In this document: piece after piece, positions 52,202-61,620 of the stretch | How positions within the stretch are numbered: position 1 is the stretch's first letter | How the letters are laid out: every line of letters starts with the position of its first letter | Assembly (NCBI GenBank): GCA_003104935.1 | Contig: PQAE01000010.1 | Span: 77,768 to 141,767, forward strand | Source of the DNA: Parcubacteria group bacterium | Lineage (GTDB): Bacteria; Patescibacteriota; Patescibacteriia; UBA1558; GWA2-36-10 | DNA length: 64,000 nt | Direction of reading: 5' to 3' | Notes under the pieces: model-generated | The model's input: only the letters and a program-made list of their open reading frames with translations | Told to the model about the DNA's origin: nothing | Database searches by the model: none | Made by a program: the position numbers and the translations under genes

Positions 52202-53992
52202 TTACTGCACTATCCCAATCGGCTCCGTACTATTAGCCACCACGTCGGTGGTCTTTATTGCTTTAGAACGCAAGAATAAATCTTCGTCGCCTTTAGCCGC
52301 TATGCTAGTTTCATTAAATAAAGTCATGGCCGAACCGCGATTATCCTCGCTAGGATTGACCGTTATCATAAAAGACGCCGTCAAAGGCAAAATCTGACTA
52401 TTAAAATCGCCGATCTGCCAAGTTAATGTTCTTTTGGTTTCATCCCAGGCCAGTTCTCCGGCTTGCACATCAGTTTCCGACACAAAACTCACTCCCGGCG
52501 GCAAATTAGTCTGCACTACCACATTATTAAACTTGCCGGTCGCCTCGGCCAGAGACCAGACAGCCAAATACTGGGTTTCTTCTCCCACCTTGGGCGGCAA
52601 GATGCCAGAACCCACCCGGCGTCCGCCGAGATGCCAATACACTCCGTTGTTAAAGACCAGACCCTTACCCACGGTCAAAACTACCGGGCTGGAAACCTGT
52701 TGCCAGTCGGCTAATCCCTCAAGATTAATTTGAATGATATTTTCAATGTTGCGATCGCTGATTTTATTGTCGCCGACTTTTAGTTGCCAGGTAAAAGTGC
52801 GAGCCTGCCCGGTCGGCCAAACCGCCAGGTCCTGGTTTTCCTTCTGGGTCCAGACTATTTTTGATTCTTGGCGATTGCCGATAGTATCCAGAGATGACCA
52901 GTCCAACGCCGCACCGTCTAGTAGCGCCGTTACCTGTACGCCGGTCAGATCAGTGCCGCTATCATTGGTCACCTCCATCTGATAGCGGAGGACCTGCCCC
53001 CAATCTACGGATTGGTTATCGGTCTGGCCGTTAATCTGTAAATTAATAGTAAATTGAGGATTGAGTACGGAAAATGATTTTTCCAGACGAGCCAGGCGGC
53101 GGAACTTGCCCTCTACCATATTACCAATCTCGCCGACCAGGAGCTGGCTACTCTGACTCTCCGGTATAAACGACCCTTTCATAGTTATTGTTTTTTCTTC
53201 GCCCGACTCCAAACTAACTACCCAGTAATCGCCTTCTTTCTTGGGATCGACCGAAGTTATTTCCAGGTCTTGCGGATAAAGAATGTTTAAATTAAGATCA
53301 GTTAATTTCTCACTGGAAATATTTTTATAGTGAAACTTAATCTCGTTGGGAGTAGAAACCAGGGTCTTATCAAAAGATTCGATGGACAGCTCTAGTTTAT
53401 TGTCCGTTATCTTAGTGGTCACCTCGTTTTTTTCTTTAAAGTCGGAATGAAAATTTTGCGGCTGATATTTTAAATTAAACAAAGCGGATAAATTTTCATC
53501 TTTCTGCCCGACCAATTGTCCGCTGATTTTTATTTCTATCGAGCCGCCCACCGGTAAGTCGTCTAAAAACCAGGTTGTGGCATTACTGTCGCTCGGTTTG
53601 ATCGTAGCCTCGTCAAAATAAAATCCGCTGGGCCAGCGCACGCCTAACTCTACTTTTTCCAGAGGAACCTTATCCAAATTTTTATAACGCACTGTATAAG
53701 TCGCCACATCACCAGAGACCAGCTGATTGGGTCCGGCTACGCTAAGCTCTAAACTTTTTTTTACTTCCGGGGCCTGGCGGTTGGTCCAAAAAACAAAACC
53801 GGCGACCGAGGCTAAAAATAAAAAGAAAACCAGCCAGATCAGGCCGCCCCCTCTTTTGGAAGCGCGTTCAAAGGTCTGATACTCCTTAGGTACCGGACGC
53901 GACCCGTGAGTAAAAACCGGAGCTTCGTAAGAACTCTGGCGCACCGGAGCGCGACTGACCCCGTCTAAACTTTTTTTGGATATTTTAGCCAT
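52202..53992 (-). CDS. Membrane-anchored surface protein with DUF11/CARDB-like Ig-fold repeats
   Basis: N-terminal TM helix, then repeated beta-rich segments (...GDVATYTVRYKN...; ...TFTWQLKVGDN...). Confidence 0.55.
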   Translation of the reverse strand: MAKISKKSLDGVSRAPVRQSSYEAPVFTHGSRPVPKEYQTFERASKRGGGLIWLVFFLFLASVAGFVFWTNRQAPEVKKSLELSVAGPNQLVSGDVATYTVRYKNLDKVPLEKVELGVRWPSGFYFDEATIKPSDSNATTWFLDDLPVGGSIEIKISGQLVGQKDENLSALFNLKYQPQNFHSDFKEKNEVTTKITDNKLELSIESFDKTLVSTPNEIKFHYKNISSEKLTDLNLNILYPQDLEITSVDPKKEGDYWVVSLESGEEKTITMKGSFIPESQSSQLLVGEIGNMVEGKFRRLARLEKSFSVLNPQFTINLQINGQTDNQSVDWGQVLRYQMEVTNDSGTDLTGVQVTALLDGAALDWSSLDTIGNRQESKIVWTQKENQDLAVWPTGQARTFTWQLKVGDNKISDRNIENIIQINLEGLADWQQVSSPVVLTVGKGLVFNNGVYWHLGGRRVGSGILPPKVGEETQYLAVWSLAEATGKFNNVVVQTNLPPGVSFVSETDVQAGELAWDETKRTLTWQIGDFNSQILPLTASFMITVNPSEDNRGSAMTLFNETSIAAKGDEDLFLRSKAIKTTDVVANSTEPIGIVQ

Positions 53993-54716
53993 AAGTAAAT
54001 AATTTTAAAGCTTGCGATGGCCGATCATACACCGTCTGATAAAACAGCTGGGACAACCGGAGCCATTCTTTATTTAAATTTTTTTCAACTGCTATCTGGC
54101 CAAAGGCCTGCCAGTCGGCGCGTAGAATCAATCGGAGAAAGTCCAACATTTCCGCACTAAGGTGAACCGCGGCCTGATCCTGGTGAGTCACACATATTAT
54201 ACCGCGTCCGGGCACATATTTGCCAGAGTTAGTGATCTTGGTACGGCAGATCAGACACTCCTCCAGCTCCGGCCGCCAGCCGGCGACGGCCAAAAACTTC
54301 CATAAAAATATACGGACCATGAGTAGCTTGGTATCCGGCGATAATTTGTCATCATCGATCATGGTCAGGACATCCTCCAAGAGTTTAAACTCATCTTCTT
54401 TGCGGCCGCCGTGATCCTGTTCCAGAAAAAGTTCGGCTACCAGCGAGGCTAAAAATAAATTGCGCAAATTAGTGCGGATATTTTCATGATTTTTTAGGAT
54501 ATCCACGCCGGCCAGATGATCCATCCGCCCCCGCCCGATCATCACCCTTACTTTGGCAAAGGGTAATAGATGCCCCGATAATTTATTGCCGGCTTTAGCG
54601 GCTGACTTCAGCACAGCGCTGATCACTCCTTCCTGCGGCGTAAATAAATCATAGAGCCTATCCGCTTCGCGCCAGGTTCGGGAACGCAGTACAAATGCTT
54701 CGGTCTTAAAAGACAT
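53985..54716 (-). CDS. recO: DNA repair protein RecO
   Basis: N-terminal OB fold (FVLRSRTWREADRLYDLFT) and a C-terminal Zn motif CLICRTK...C. Confidence 0.8.
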   Translation of the reverse strand: MSFKTEAFVLRSRTWREADRLYDLFTPQEGVISAVLKSAAKAGNKLSGHLLPFAKVRVMIGRGRMDHLAGVDILKNHENIRTNLRNLFLASLVAELFLEQDHGGRKEDEFKLLEDVLTMIDDDKLSPDTKLLMVRIFLWKFLAVAGWRPELEECLICRTKITNSGKYVPGRGIICVTHQDQAAVHLSAEMLDFLRLILRADWQAFGQIAVEKNLNKEWLRLSQLFYQTVYDRPSQALKLFTYG

Positions 54717-54728
54717 GGATTTTCTGAT

Positions 54729-57638
54729 TTAAGACTGGATTCCTAAAATTATTTCTTCCGCTTCTATTTTCGCTTCTTTGCAATGGGTAAACTGGCCGGA
54801 TTCTATAAAATCACCAGCCGAAGTATTACTGACAATTTCGGCCTTATACTTACTGATCACCTTTTTTAAATACGTTGAATGAGTCTGATACGTTTCCGTC
54901 GGACTATCGCTCGGCTGCAGTCCGGCTTCTTTGCGCAAACTGTTAATCTGGCGGATTATCTCCCGCACCACACCCTTGTCTTTGAGCTCTTCATTTATAT
55001 TAGTGTCAATGGCTATTTTCGCCATGACATATCCACTCTCATCTACGACCCAACCATCTGTAGCGGTGAGGTTTTCCACTAATTCAATACTTTCTACATT
55101 GACCTCCTCCTTCAAAATATCTTTATATTCATTTTCCAAATTTATACCCTGAAGTGTAATCTGCAATGTTGCTAACGGCTGTCTTAATTTAATACCCGCT
55201 TTAGCCCTTAAAGCGTGCCCCCTTTCCGCGATGTCTCTTATCACATTCATTTGATTTAATACTTTTTCATCAACCATACTTTCCTGATATTGCGGCCAGG
55301 ACTGCAAATGCACCGAAGTATTGACACCGGCAAACTGCTGATAGATAATTTCCGCACTCAGTGGCGCAAAAGGAGCGATGACTTTGGAAAATTCTACCAA
55401 CACATAAGCTAGGGTACTGGCCGCTTGTTCCTTGTCGGCCTGATCTTCGCTCTTAAAACGGTCGCGGCTACGACGGACATACCAAGTAGATAGGGCATCA
55501 ACAAAATCAATCAGCGGCCGAGTGGCCTTGGGTAGATTATAATCTTCCATCGCCTGTGTCACTTCCCGCCAGAGTAGAAAATATTTGGCTATAATCCATT
55601 TGTCCAGATGATTGTTTAACGTTTCCGGCAATGTCGGTAGCTTTTTATCCCCGAACATCAAATAAAAATTCAGGACATTTTGCAGGATCACGGTAAAACG
55701 ACGAAAGACCGTACTCAAATCTTTTTCCACAAAGGACAGATTTTCCGCCAACATGACCGGGGAAGACAAGAGATACAAGCGCAGGGCATCGGCTCCATAT
55801 TTTTCCATAACAATATCCGGTTCCGGATAATTGCTAAGCTTTTTGCTCATCTTTTTGCCGTCTTCGGCCAAAACAATGCCGTTGACGATAACATTCTGAT
55901 AAGCCGGACTATCTTTAATGGCGCCGGCAATCACATGTAGATAATAAAACCAGGCCCGAGTTTGGTCAGTACCTTCGGCGATAAAACGGGCCGGAAATTT
56001 GTTATCAAAAGAATCTTTATTCTCAAAGGGATAGTGTGCCTGAGCATAAGGCATAGAACCGCTGTCAAACCAAGTGTCCAAAACATCAGGAATACGATGC
56101 ATTGTAGCGCCGCAATGGCAAGGTATAGTGATCTCATCCACTACATTTTTATGCAAATCATTTATCTCCTGACCGCTGGCCTGTGATAATTCCGCGACCG
56201 AACCAAAAACTCGCAACTGTTCGCATTTATCGCATTGCCAGATAGGAATGACCGAAGCCCAAAAACGTTGTCGGGAAATAGACCAGTCCCGGGCGCCTTC
56301 CAACCATTTACCGAAACGGCCGTCTTTGATATGTTCCGGCGTCCAATCTATTTTTTCAGCGGTGCTTAATAATTTGTCTTTTATTTTAGTCACCGCCACA
56401 AACCAAGAAGTGGTCGCATAGTTCAATAACGGCGTATCACAGCGCCAACAATGCGGATAAGAGTGCTCGTATTTTTCCTTGGCAAATAAAAGCCCTTTGT
56501 TCGCCAAATATTTTATAATCAAAATGTCAGTAGATTGAACATCGTCTTTCGGCTTAACATTGAGCTCGGCAAAATCGCTAGCCTCGGCTCTGATGGTTCC
56601 ATCCATATTAACATGTTGGACAAAAGGCAGTGATTTTTCCCTGCCCAACCTCATATCATCTTCACCAAAGGCCGGAGCAATATGGACGATGCCCGTACCC
56701 TCTTCAGTAGACACAAAATCGGCGTTATAGATCTGCCAGCCATTTTTTCGGTTGGCTAATTTCGCATCAGCGGCATAATAATCAAACAACGGTTTATATT
56801 TTTTACCGACCAGCGTCCGACCCTTGAATTCGGCCAATATTTCCGGATCATCGCCTAACTCCCGGGCATAATTTTCCCAGAGCGCCTTGGCTAGTATATA
56901 TTTCTGCTGGCCGCAGATTATCTTGACATAATCTAAATCCGCCCCCACGGCCAGGGCTACATTGCCGATCAGAGTCCAAGGTGTGGTCGTCCAAGCCAGG
57001 AAAAAAGTGCCCGGCTCTTCTACCAACTCAAACTTCGCTACCAGCGACAAATCTTTTATGTCCCGATAACCCTCGGCTACTTCTGATTGCGAGAGAGTAG
57101 TTTCACAACGCGGACAAATGTGCATGGAGCGATAATCTTTATAAATTAATTCCCGGTCCCAAAGTTGCTTGAAAACCCACCAGACAGATTCCATAAATTC
57201 CGGATCCATAGTGCGATAAGAGTGTTCCATGTCCACCCAGCGACCTAGACGACGGATCGTACCCACCCAGGCATCGGCAAACTCCAAAACTTTGGAACGG
57301 CAAATTTCATTAAACTTGGCTACGCCCAATTTTACAATATCTTTTTTATTTTTAAAGCCCAGTTCTTTTTCCACGATGTTTTCGATGGGCAAACCGTGAC
57401 AGTCCCAACCCCAGCGCCGCTCCACTCGGTAACCTCTCATAGTCCAAAAACGCGGCACCACATCTTTCATGATGCTGGCCACCAGATGACCATAGTGCGG
57501 CAAACCGGTAGCAAAAGGCGGGCCGTCATAAAATAAATAATCTCCCTGGGGCGCTTTTTGCTGTAGAGATTTTTGAAAAGTCTGATCTTGCTCCCAAAAA
57601 TCTAAGATTTCCGGCTCTTGTTTTTTGAAATCTAACAT
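54729..57638 (-). CDS. ileS: Isoleucyl-tRNA synthetase, eukaryote-like type 2
   Basis: FYDGPPFATGLPHYGHLVASIMKDVVPRFWTMRGYRVERRWGWDCHGLPIE, plus KMSKKLSNYPEP. Confidence 0.9.
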   Translation of the reverse strand: MLDFKKQEPEILDFWEQDQTFQKSLQQKAPQGDYLFYDGPPFATGLPHYGHLVASIMKDVVPRFWTMRGYRVERRWGWDCHGLPIENIVEKELGFKNKKDIVKLGVAKFNEICRSKVLEFADAWVGTIRRLGRWVDMEHSYRTMDPEFMESVWWVFKQLWDRELIYKDYRSMHICPRCETTLSQSEVAEGYRDIKDLSLVAKFELVEEPGTFFLAWTTTPWTLIGNVALAVGADLDYVKIICGQQKYILAKALWENYARELGDDPEILAEFKGRTLVGKKYKPLFDYYAADAKLANRKNGWQIYNADFVSTEEGTGIVHIAPAFGEDDMRLGREKSLPFVQHVNMDGTIRAEASDFAELNVKPKDDVQSTDILIIKYLANKGLLFAKEKYEHSYPHCWRCDTPLLNYATTSWFVAVTKIKDKLLSTAEKIDWTPEHIKDGRFGKWLEGARDWSISRQRFWASVIPIWQCDKCEQLRVFGSVAELSQASGQEINDLHKNVVDEITIPCHCGATMHRIPDVLDTWFDSGSMPYAQAHYPFENKDSFDNKFPARFIAEGTDQTRAWFYYLHVIAGAIKDSPAYQNVIVNGIVLAEDGKKMSKKLSNYPEPDIVMEKYGADALRLYLLSSPVMLAENLSFVEKDLSTVFRRFTVILQNVLNFYLMFGDKKLPTLPETLNNHLDKWIIAKYFLLWREVTQAMEDYNLPKATRPLIDFVDALSTWYVRRSRDRFKSEDQADKEQAASTLAYVLVEFSKVIAPFAPLSAEIIYQQFAGVNTSVHLQSWPQYQESMVDEKVLNQMNVIRDIAERGHALRAKAGIKLRQPLATLQITLQGINLENEYKDILKEEVNVESIELVENLTATDGWVVDESGYVMAKIAIDTNINEELKDKGVVREIIRQINSLRKEAGLQPSDSPTETYQTHSTYLKKVISKYKAEIVSNTSAGDFIESGQFTHCKEAKIEAEEIILGIQS

Positions 57639-57663
57639 TTCTAAAATTGATTAATGAAAAGTT

Positions 57664-57692
57664 ATTTTAACCCAAAATAGCGGCTTTGACAA
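57664..57692 (-). promoter_or_regulatory. Sigma70-type promoter TTGTCA-N17-TAAAAT for ileS
   Basis: Minus-strand -35 box at 57692-57687 and -10 box at 57669-57664, about 20 nt upstream of the start codon. No Shine-Dalgarno sequence is evident. Confidence 0.5.
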
Positions 57693-57921
57693 TCTTTAAA
57701 AAAACAGGGAATAAATATATTGCCACCATCTTTTTTTTATCCGCTTGGGCGGTCTGGCCCGATAGACCTTATCACGTTGATAAGTAATCAGGTGCAAGGT
57801 GTCTGTTTTCTTCCGCATAAAACTCGATTTAGTGTTTTTATCTATAAATCCCGCCGCCTGCCCGACCGATGTCTTGGTCCTTAGCATGGTGGGGCCAAAA
57901 CCGCCGGCAGGCGGAGGGTGT

Positions 57922-58170
57922 TTATATTTTCTTTTTTATCTCTGCGATGCTTAACCTCTTTTGCCGCTGGAGATATTCGATCTTGCGCAAAATGGCCAAG
58001 GCCTGTTCCGGCCGGTATAACCGGTAGCCGCCCTGACTCCGTCCGGCCGAGGGCAGGATGCCTTCGCGGGTATAATAATTTATCGTGGACGGCAAAACCG
58101 AAAATCGCTTGGCCAACTGACCAATCTTGAGTAGCCCTTCGGGTATAGATTTCGGCCTCCTCTTTTGCAT
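57922..58170 (-). CDS. Small MerR-family HTH transcriptional regulator
   Basis: ...LKIGQLAKRFSVLPSTINYYTREGILPS...GYRLY..., a MerR-type wing-helix-turn-helix; 82 aa. Confidence 0.7.
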   Translation of the reverse strand: MQKRRPKSIPEGLLKIGQLAKRFSVLPSTINYYTREGILPSAGRSQGGYRLYRPEQALAILRKIEYLQRQKRLSIAEIKKKI

Positions 58171-58377
58171 AAAACCTTTAGAGATTGCGTAAAAATAAAT
58201 CTAACCACTAAAAATGCCTCTCCCCGCTCTCTAACGAGGCAAAGATGCGCCTTAATTATAAAGTATAAAGTATAAAGTGTAAAGTGGTACTTATTACGTT
58301 ATAGTTTACTAGACAATTAAAAAACGCCACTCGAAGCTTTAGCCTAGGGTGGCGGGTCTAATTTATAATTCTGGTTC

Positions 58378-58911
58378 TTAATTCTTATTTAAACGGTCTA
58401 TTTCTTTGAGAATCAGGGAGTCGCTATTTAATCCCTCGATCGCCACCACTTTTTGCCGGTTAATCTGCAAATAGCCCTCGGGCTTATAGGGGGCGTCGGT
58501 CCGCTTGATTAGAACCGGAACACTCACTTGCTGGACCTCCTGTCCCGACACCGTCGAGGTGACTGTCTGTTCCCTGGTCTCCACATAGTAGACATCGTCC
58601 AAGTAAATATTGAGATTGTCTTCCTTGGCTACTTTAGCATAATAGATCTGTCCGTTGTCCAAATAGACGGCTTTAAACTGTGTGGAATTCACGGAAGAGC
58701 TTTTAAATTTGAAGGTATAAATCACTAGGGCACCCAGAATCAAAATAATAATCAGCATCAGCAATACTACGGGGCCGGAATTGCGACGGCTAATTGGCTG
58801 GGGTGACTGACTGACAAATTGTTCAAACTCCCAAAGATTATCGGCTGTTTTAGCCGGTTTGGCCTTGGGAGTTGTGTTTTTGCCAGCGATCACAGGATTA
58901 ACTTTAGGCAT
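58378..58911 (-). CDS. Membrane-anchored protein, unknown function
   Basis: 177 aa with a single TM helix (VVLLMLIIILILGALVIYTF) after a basic N-terminus. Confidence 0.5.
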   Translation of the reverse strand: MPKVNPVIAGKNTTPKAKPAKTADNLWEFEQFVSQSPQPISRRNSGPVVLLMLIIILILGALVIYTFKFKSSSVNSTQFKAVYLDNGQIYYAKVAKEDNLNIYLDDVYYVETREQTVTSTVSGQEVQQVSVPVLIKRTDAPYKPEGYLQINRQKVVAIEGLNSDSLILKEIDRLNKN

Positions 58912-59098
58912 AAAATAATTCTTTTAAAAATTATTAGCCTCTACATCATAGCAATTTAAAATAAGTTAGTAAACCCATCGGTCAATTTTACAAAAAATGG
59001 CGGCTGTATTATGATTATCTTAATTTACAATTTAAAATCAAAGCTCCTAAAATTATGCAAATATTACACTATGTAAATAAACATTAACGCTCAATACA

Positions 59099-60244
59099 AT
59101 GGAAGAAAAGAAGCCCGCCCGAGGCGGGTCCGCACCTCGCTACGGCGCGGGCGGAAAAAGCGATTGGAACTGGAATTATTTTTTGTTCTTTTTATCTAAA
59201 ATACCGGGCCTGAGTCCGCACCGTCTCAGTAATCTGCTAAACGAACACCCTGATCTCTATGCTCTGTATCAAAAAACAACCAGCCCTGATGAAACGGACA
59301 ATAAAAAAATTAATTTAATTGCTCGCTATCTGGCTGACAATATCTTTGTCCGCCGTTGTCAAGGAGAATTTGCCCAGATCCAGGACAAATATCTGACTAT
59401 CGTTGATGAGCTCTACCCTCCTTTATTAAAGAATATCTTTGATCCGCCGCCGCTACTATACTATCGGGGCAATCCGGCCATATTACAGGAAGGCCACTGC
59501 CTGACTATCGTCGGCTCCCGTACCTTGACTACTTATCACCAGACTATGCTCCGACAAATTGTAAGTCACCTGGCTCAAACGCCGCTGATTATCGTCAGTG
59601 GTCTGGCCTATGGCATCGATGCCCTGAGCCACCGAGCGGCTCTGGAAAACAAATTAGCCACGGTAGCCGTACTGGGCTCCGGGCTAGCTGACGCCGATAT
59701 CTATCCTTGCGAGCATCGGGGCTTGGCCAGAGAAATAATCAACAGTGGCGGACTGTTGCTCTCCGAATACCCCAGCGGCTCAGCAGTAATGCCTTATAAC
59801 TTTCCTTTGCGCAATCGCCTGCTGGCCGGTCTGTCACGCGCTACCCTGGTTATCTCCGGCGCAAAAAAATCCGGCACCCTGATCACCGCCCAAGTGGCCC
59901 TGGAAGAAGGCCGGGAAGTACTGGCTTTGCCCGGCCAGGCAAATATGAATCTTTGCTGGGGACCAAATAATCTGATCAAAAACGGCGCCGCTCTAATCAG
60001 CGACGGGGAAGATATTTTAAAAATTTTTAATTTAAATAAGACCAGAATTGATCAAGCTGAACCGAATCTAACTGATTCGCTGGAAATAAAACTTTTTAAA
60101 AAAATCAAATTAGAACCGCTCAGCTCCGAAGAACTATCCCGGCAACTGGAATTGACTCTGCCGGCGGTGCAAAGTATCTTGGGGCAACTGGAATTAAAGA
60201 ATCTGATCAAGGTCAATTTGTATAATCAATGGGAAATAAGTTAA
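59099..60244 (+). CDS. dprA: DNA processing protein DprA (Smf)
   Basis: Rossmann-fold core ...LTIVGSRTLTTYHQ...IVSGLAYGIDALSHRAAL...GSGLAD.... Confidence 0.85.
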   Translation: MEEKKPARGGSAPRYGAGGKSDWNWNYFLFFLSKIPGLSPHRLSNLLNEHPDLYALYQKTTSPDETDNKKINLIARYLADNIFVRRCQGEFAQIQDKYLTIVDELYPPLLKNIFDPPPLLYYRGNPAILQEGHCLTIVGSRTLTTYHQTMLRQIVSHLAQTPLIIVSGLAYGIDALSHRAALENKLATVAVLGSGLADADIYPCEHRGLAREIINSGGLLLSEYPSGSAVMPYNFPLRNRLLAGLSRATLVISGAKKSGTLITAQVALEEGREVLALPGQANMNLCWGPNNLIKNGAALISDGEDILKIFNLNKTRIDQAEPNLTDSLEIKLFKKIKLEPLSSEELSRQLELTLPAVQSILGQLELKNLIKVNLYNQWEIS

Positions 60245-61548
60245 ATAAAAAAATATTGGAAACCTACCGGACTGATATCGCCTACCTGGAAGGACTGATC
60301 AACATGCCGCGCCAGGAATATTTGCTCGGTGTCGGCGACCGGCAAATTTTACTGGAAAGATTAAGGAAATTTTTAGGGCTACTCGGGCACCCGGAAAATA
60401 ATCAAAATTTCATCCATATCACCGGTACCAGCGGTAAGGGTACTACCGCCAATCTCCTGCACCAGCTAATCGCTGATAGCGGACACCGGGTCGGTACTTA
60501 TACCTCTCCTTTTTCCACAACCAGCCTGGAAAAAATCCAGATAAATAATCATCTGCTTTCTCCGGCTGATCTCCATCGGATATTAAATCAGAAAATAAAA
60601 CCCGCCCTGGACAGATACCTGAGATTGTACCGTTTTGATCCGCCGTCTTATTTTGAGATTTTTTTGGCCCTGGCTCTGCTTTACTTTAGAGAAAATAAAT
60701 GCGACTGGGTCATACTGGAGGCTGGTCTAGGCGGCACTCATGATGCGACCAACGTCATCGCTCCACCCAAGCTGGCACTGATAACAAATGTCGGTCTGGA
60801 TCATACCGAAATACTCGGCCCGACCAAAAAACACATTGCCCGTGATAAAGCTGGCATTATCAAACCCGGTTGTAAATTTTTAACCGCGGAAAAATCACCA
60901 ACTTTGCTAAGGATATTTGCTCAGCGTTGCCGTGAGCGAAAAGCCAAAATGCTGTTGCTAAAAAATCTGACCGCACCTTATAAAAAAAGTCTATATTTTT
61001 CTACAAAAAAACAACAGTCCAATCTGAACCTGGCTCTCAACGCTATCGCCGCGCTCAATCTACATCCGCGACATCAGACTAAAATAATCAATAATTTTAA
61101 ACTTAGTTGCCGCCAGGAAATCATCCAAAAAAATCCCCTGGTCATCCTTGATGGAGCGCATAATAATGACAAAATCTCCAATCTAATTGAATTTGTTCGC
61201 AGACAAAAATACCAAAAATTGCATCTGATCACCGGCTTTGCTTTTAGTAAAAATTGGTCAAACCCTTTAAAAAAAATGCTTAAACTAGCCGACAAAGTTT
61301 ATCTGACTCATTTTTTGATTACCACTAGAAAATCGGCCAACTTGCATCGCCTCTATAAAACTACTGACCAGCTGGCTCCGCGCCTGCCAAAACAAATATT
61401 TAGCGACCCCTGGCAAGCGCTAGCCACGGCTTTGAAAAATGCCTGCCGCCGGGACCTGATACTAATTACCGGCTCTTTCTTTCTGTGCGGAGAATTGCGC
61501 AAAAAATGGGTCAGCGAAGAACAAATTATCAAAGAATTAAAAATTTAG
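60229..61548 (+). CDS. folC: Mur-ligase-family folylpolyglutamate synthase/dihydrofolate synthase-like protein
   Basis: HITGTSGKGTT P-loop and ...ILEAGLGGTHDATNVI...; 439 aa. Confidence 0.75.
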   Translation: MGNKLNKKILETYRTDIAYLEGLINMPRQEYLLGVGDRQILLERLRKFLGLLGHPENNQNFIHITGTSGKGTTANLLHQLIADSGHRVGTYTSPFSTTSLEKIQINNHLLSPADLHRILNQKIKPALDRYLRLYRFDPPSYFEIFLALALLYFRENKCDWVILEAGLGGTHDATNVIAPPKLALITNVGLDHTEILGPTKKHIARDKAGIIKPGCKFLTAEKSPTLLRIFAQRCRERKAKMLLLKNLTAPYKKSLYFSTKKQQSNLNLALNAIAALNLHPRHQTKIINNFKLSCRQEIIQKNPLVILDGAHNNDKISNLIEFVRRQKYQKLHLITGFAFSKNWSNPLKKMLKLADKVYLTHFLITTRKSANLHRLYKTTDQLAPRLPKQIFSDPWQALATALKNACRRDLILITGSFFLCGELRKKWVSEEQIIKELKI

Positions 61549-61562
61549 TAAATACGTAATAC

Positions 61563-61591
61563 TTGACAATAATAGTTATTTCAATTATATT
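61563..61591 (+). promoter_or_regulatory. Sigma70-type promoter TTGACA-N17-TATATT upstream of topA
   Basis: Hexamers at 61563-61568 and 61586-61591 with a 17-nt spacer. Confidence 0.55.
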
Positions 61592-61620
61592 CGCAACTAC
61601 GAATTAAATAAAAACAACTT

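Noticed and set aside
57686-57720. Plus-strand promoter starting at TTGACA 57686-57691
   Set aside because: No acceptable -10 hexamer occurs at 16-19 nt spacing on the plus strand. The same hexamer read on the minus strand (TTGTCA) pairs well with TAAAAT at 17 nt, so it is assigned to ileS.
57639-57921. T-box riboswitch upstream of ileS
   Set aside because: ileS is a classic T-box-regulated gene, but no AGGGUGGNACCGCG core, specifier-loop AGAGA/AUC context or terminator with a U-tract could be found. A good promoter sits only about 20 nt upstream of the start.
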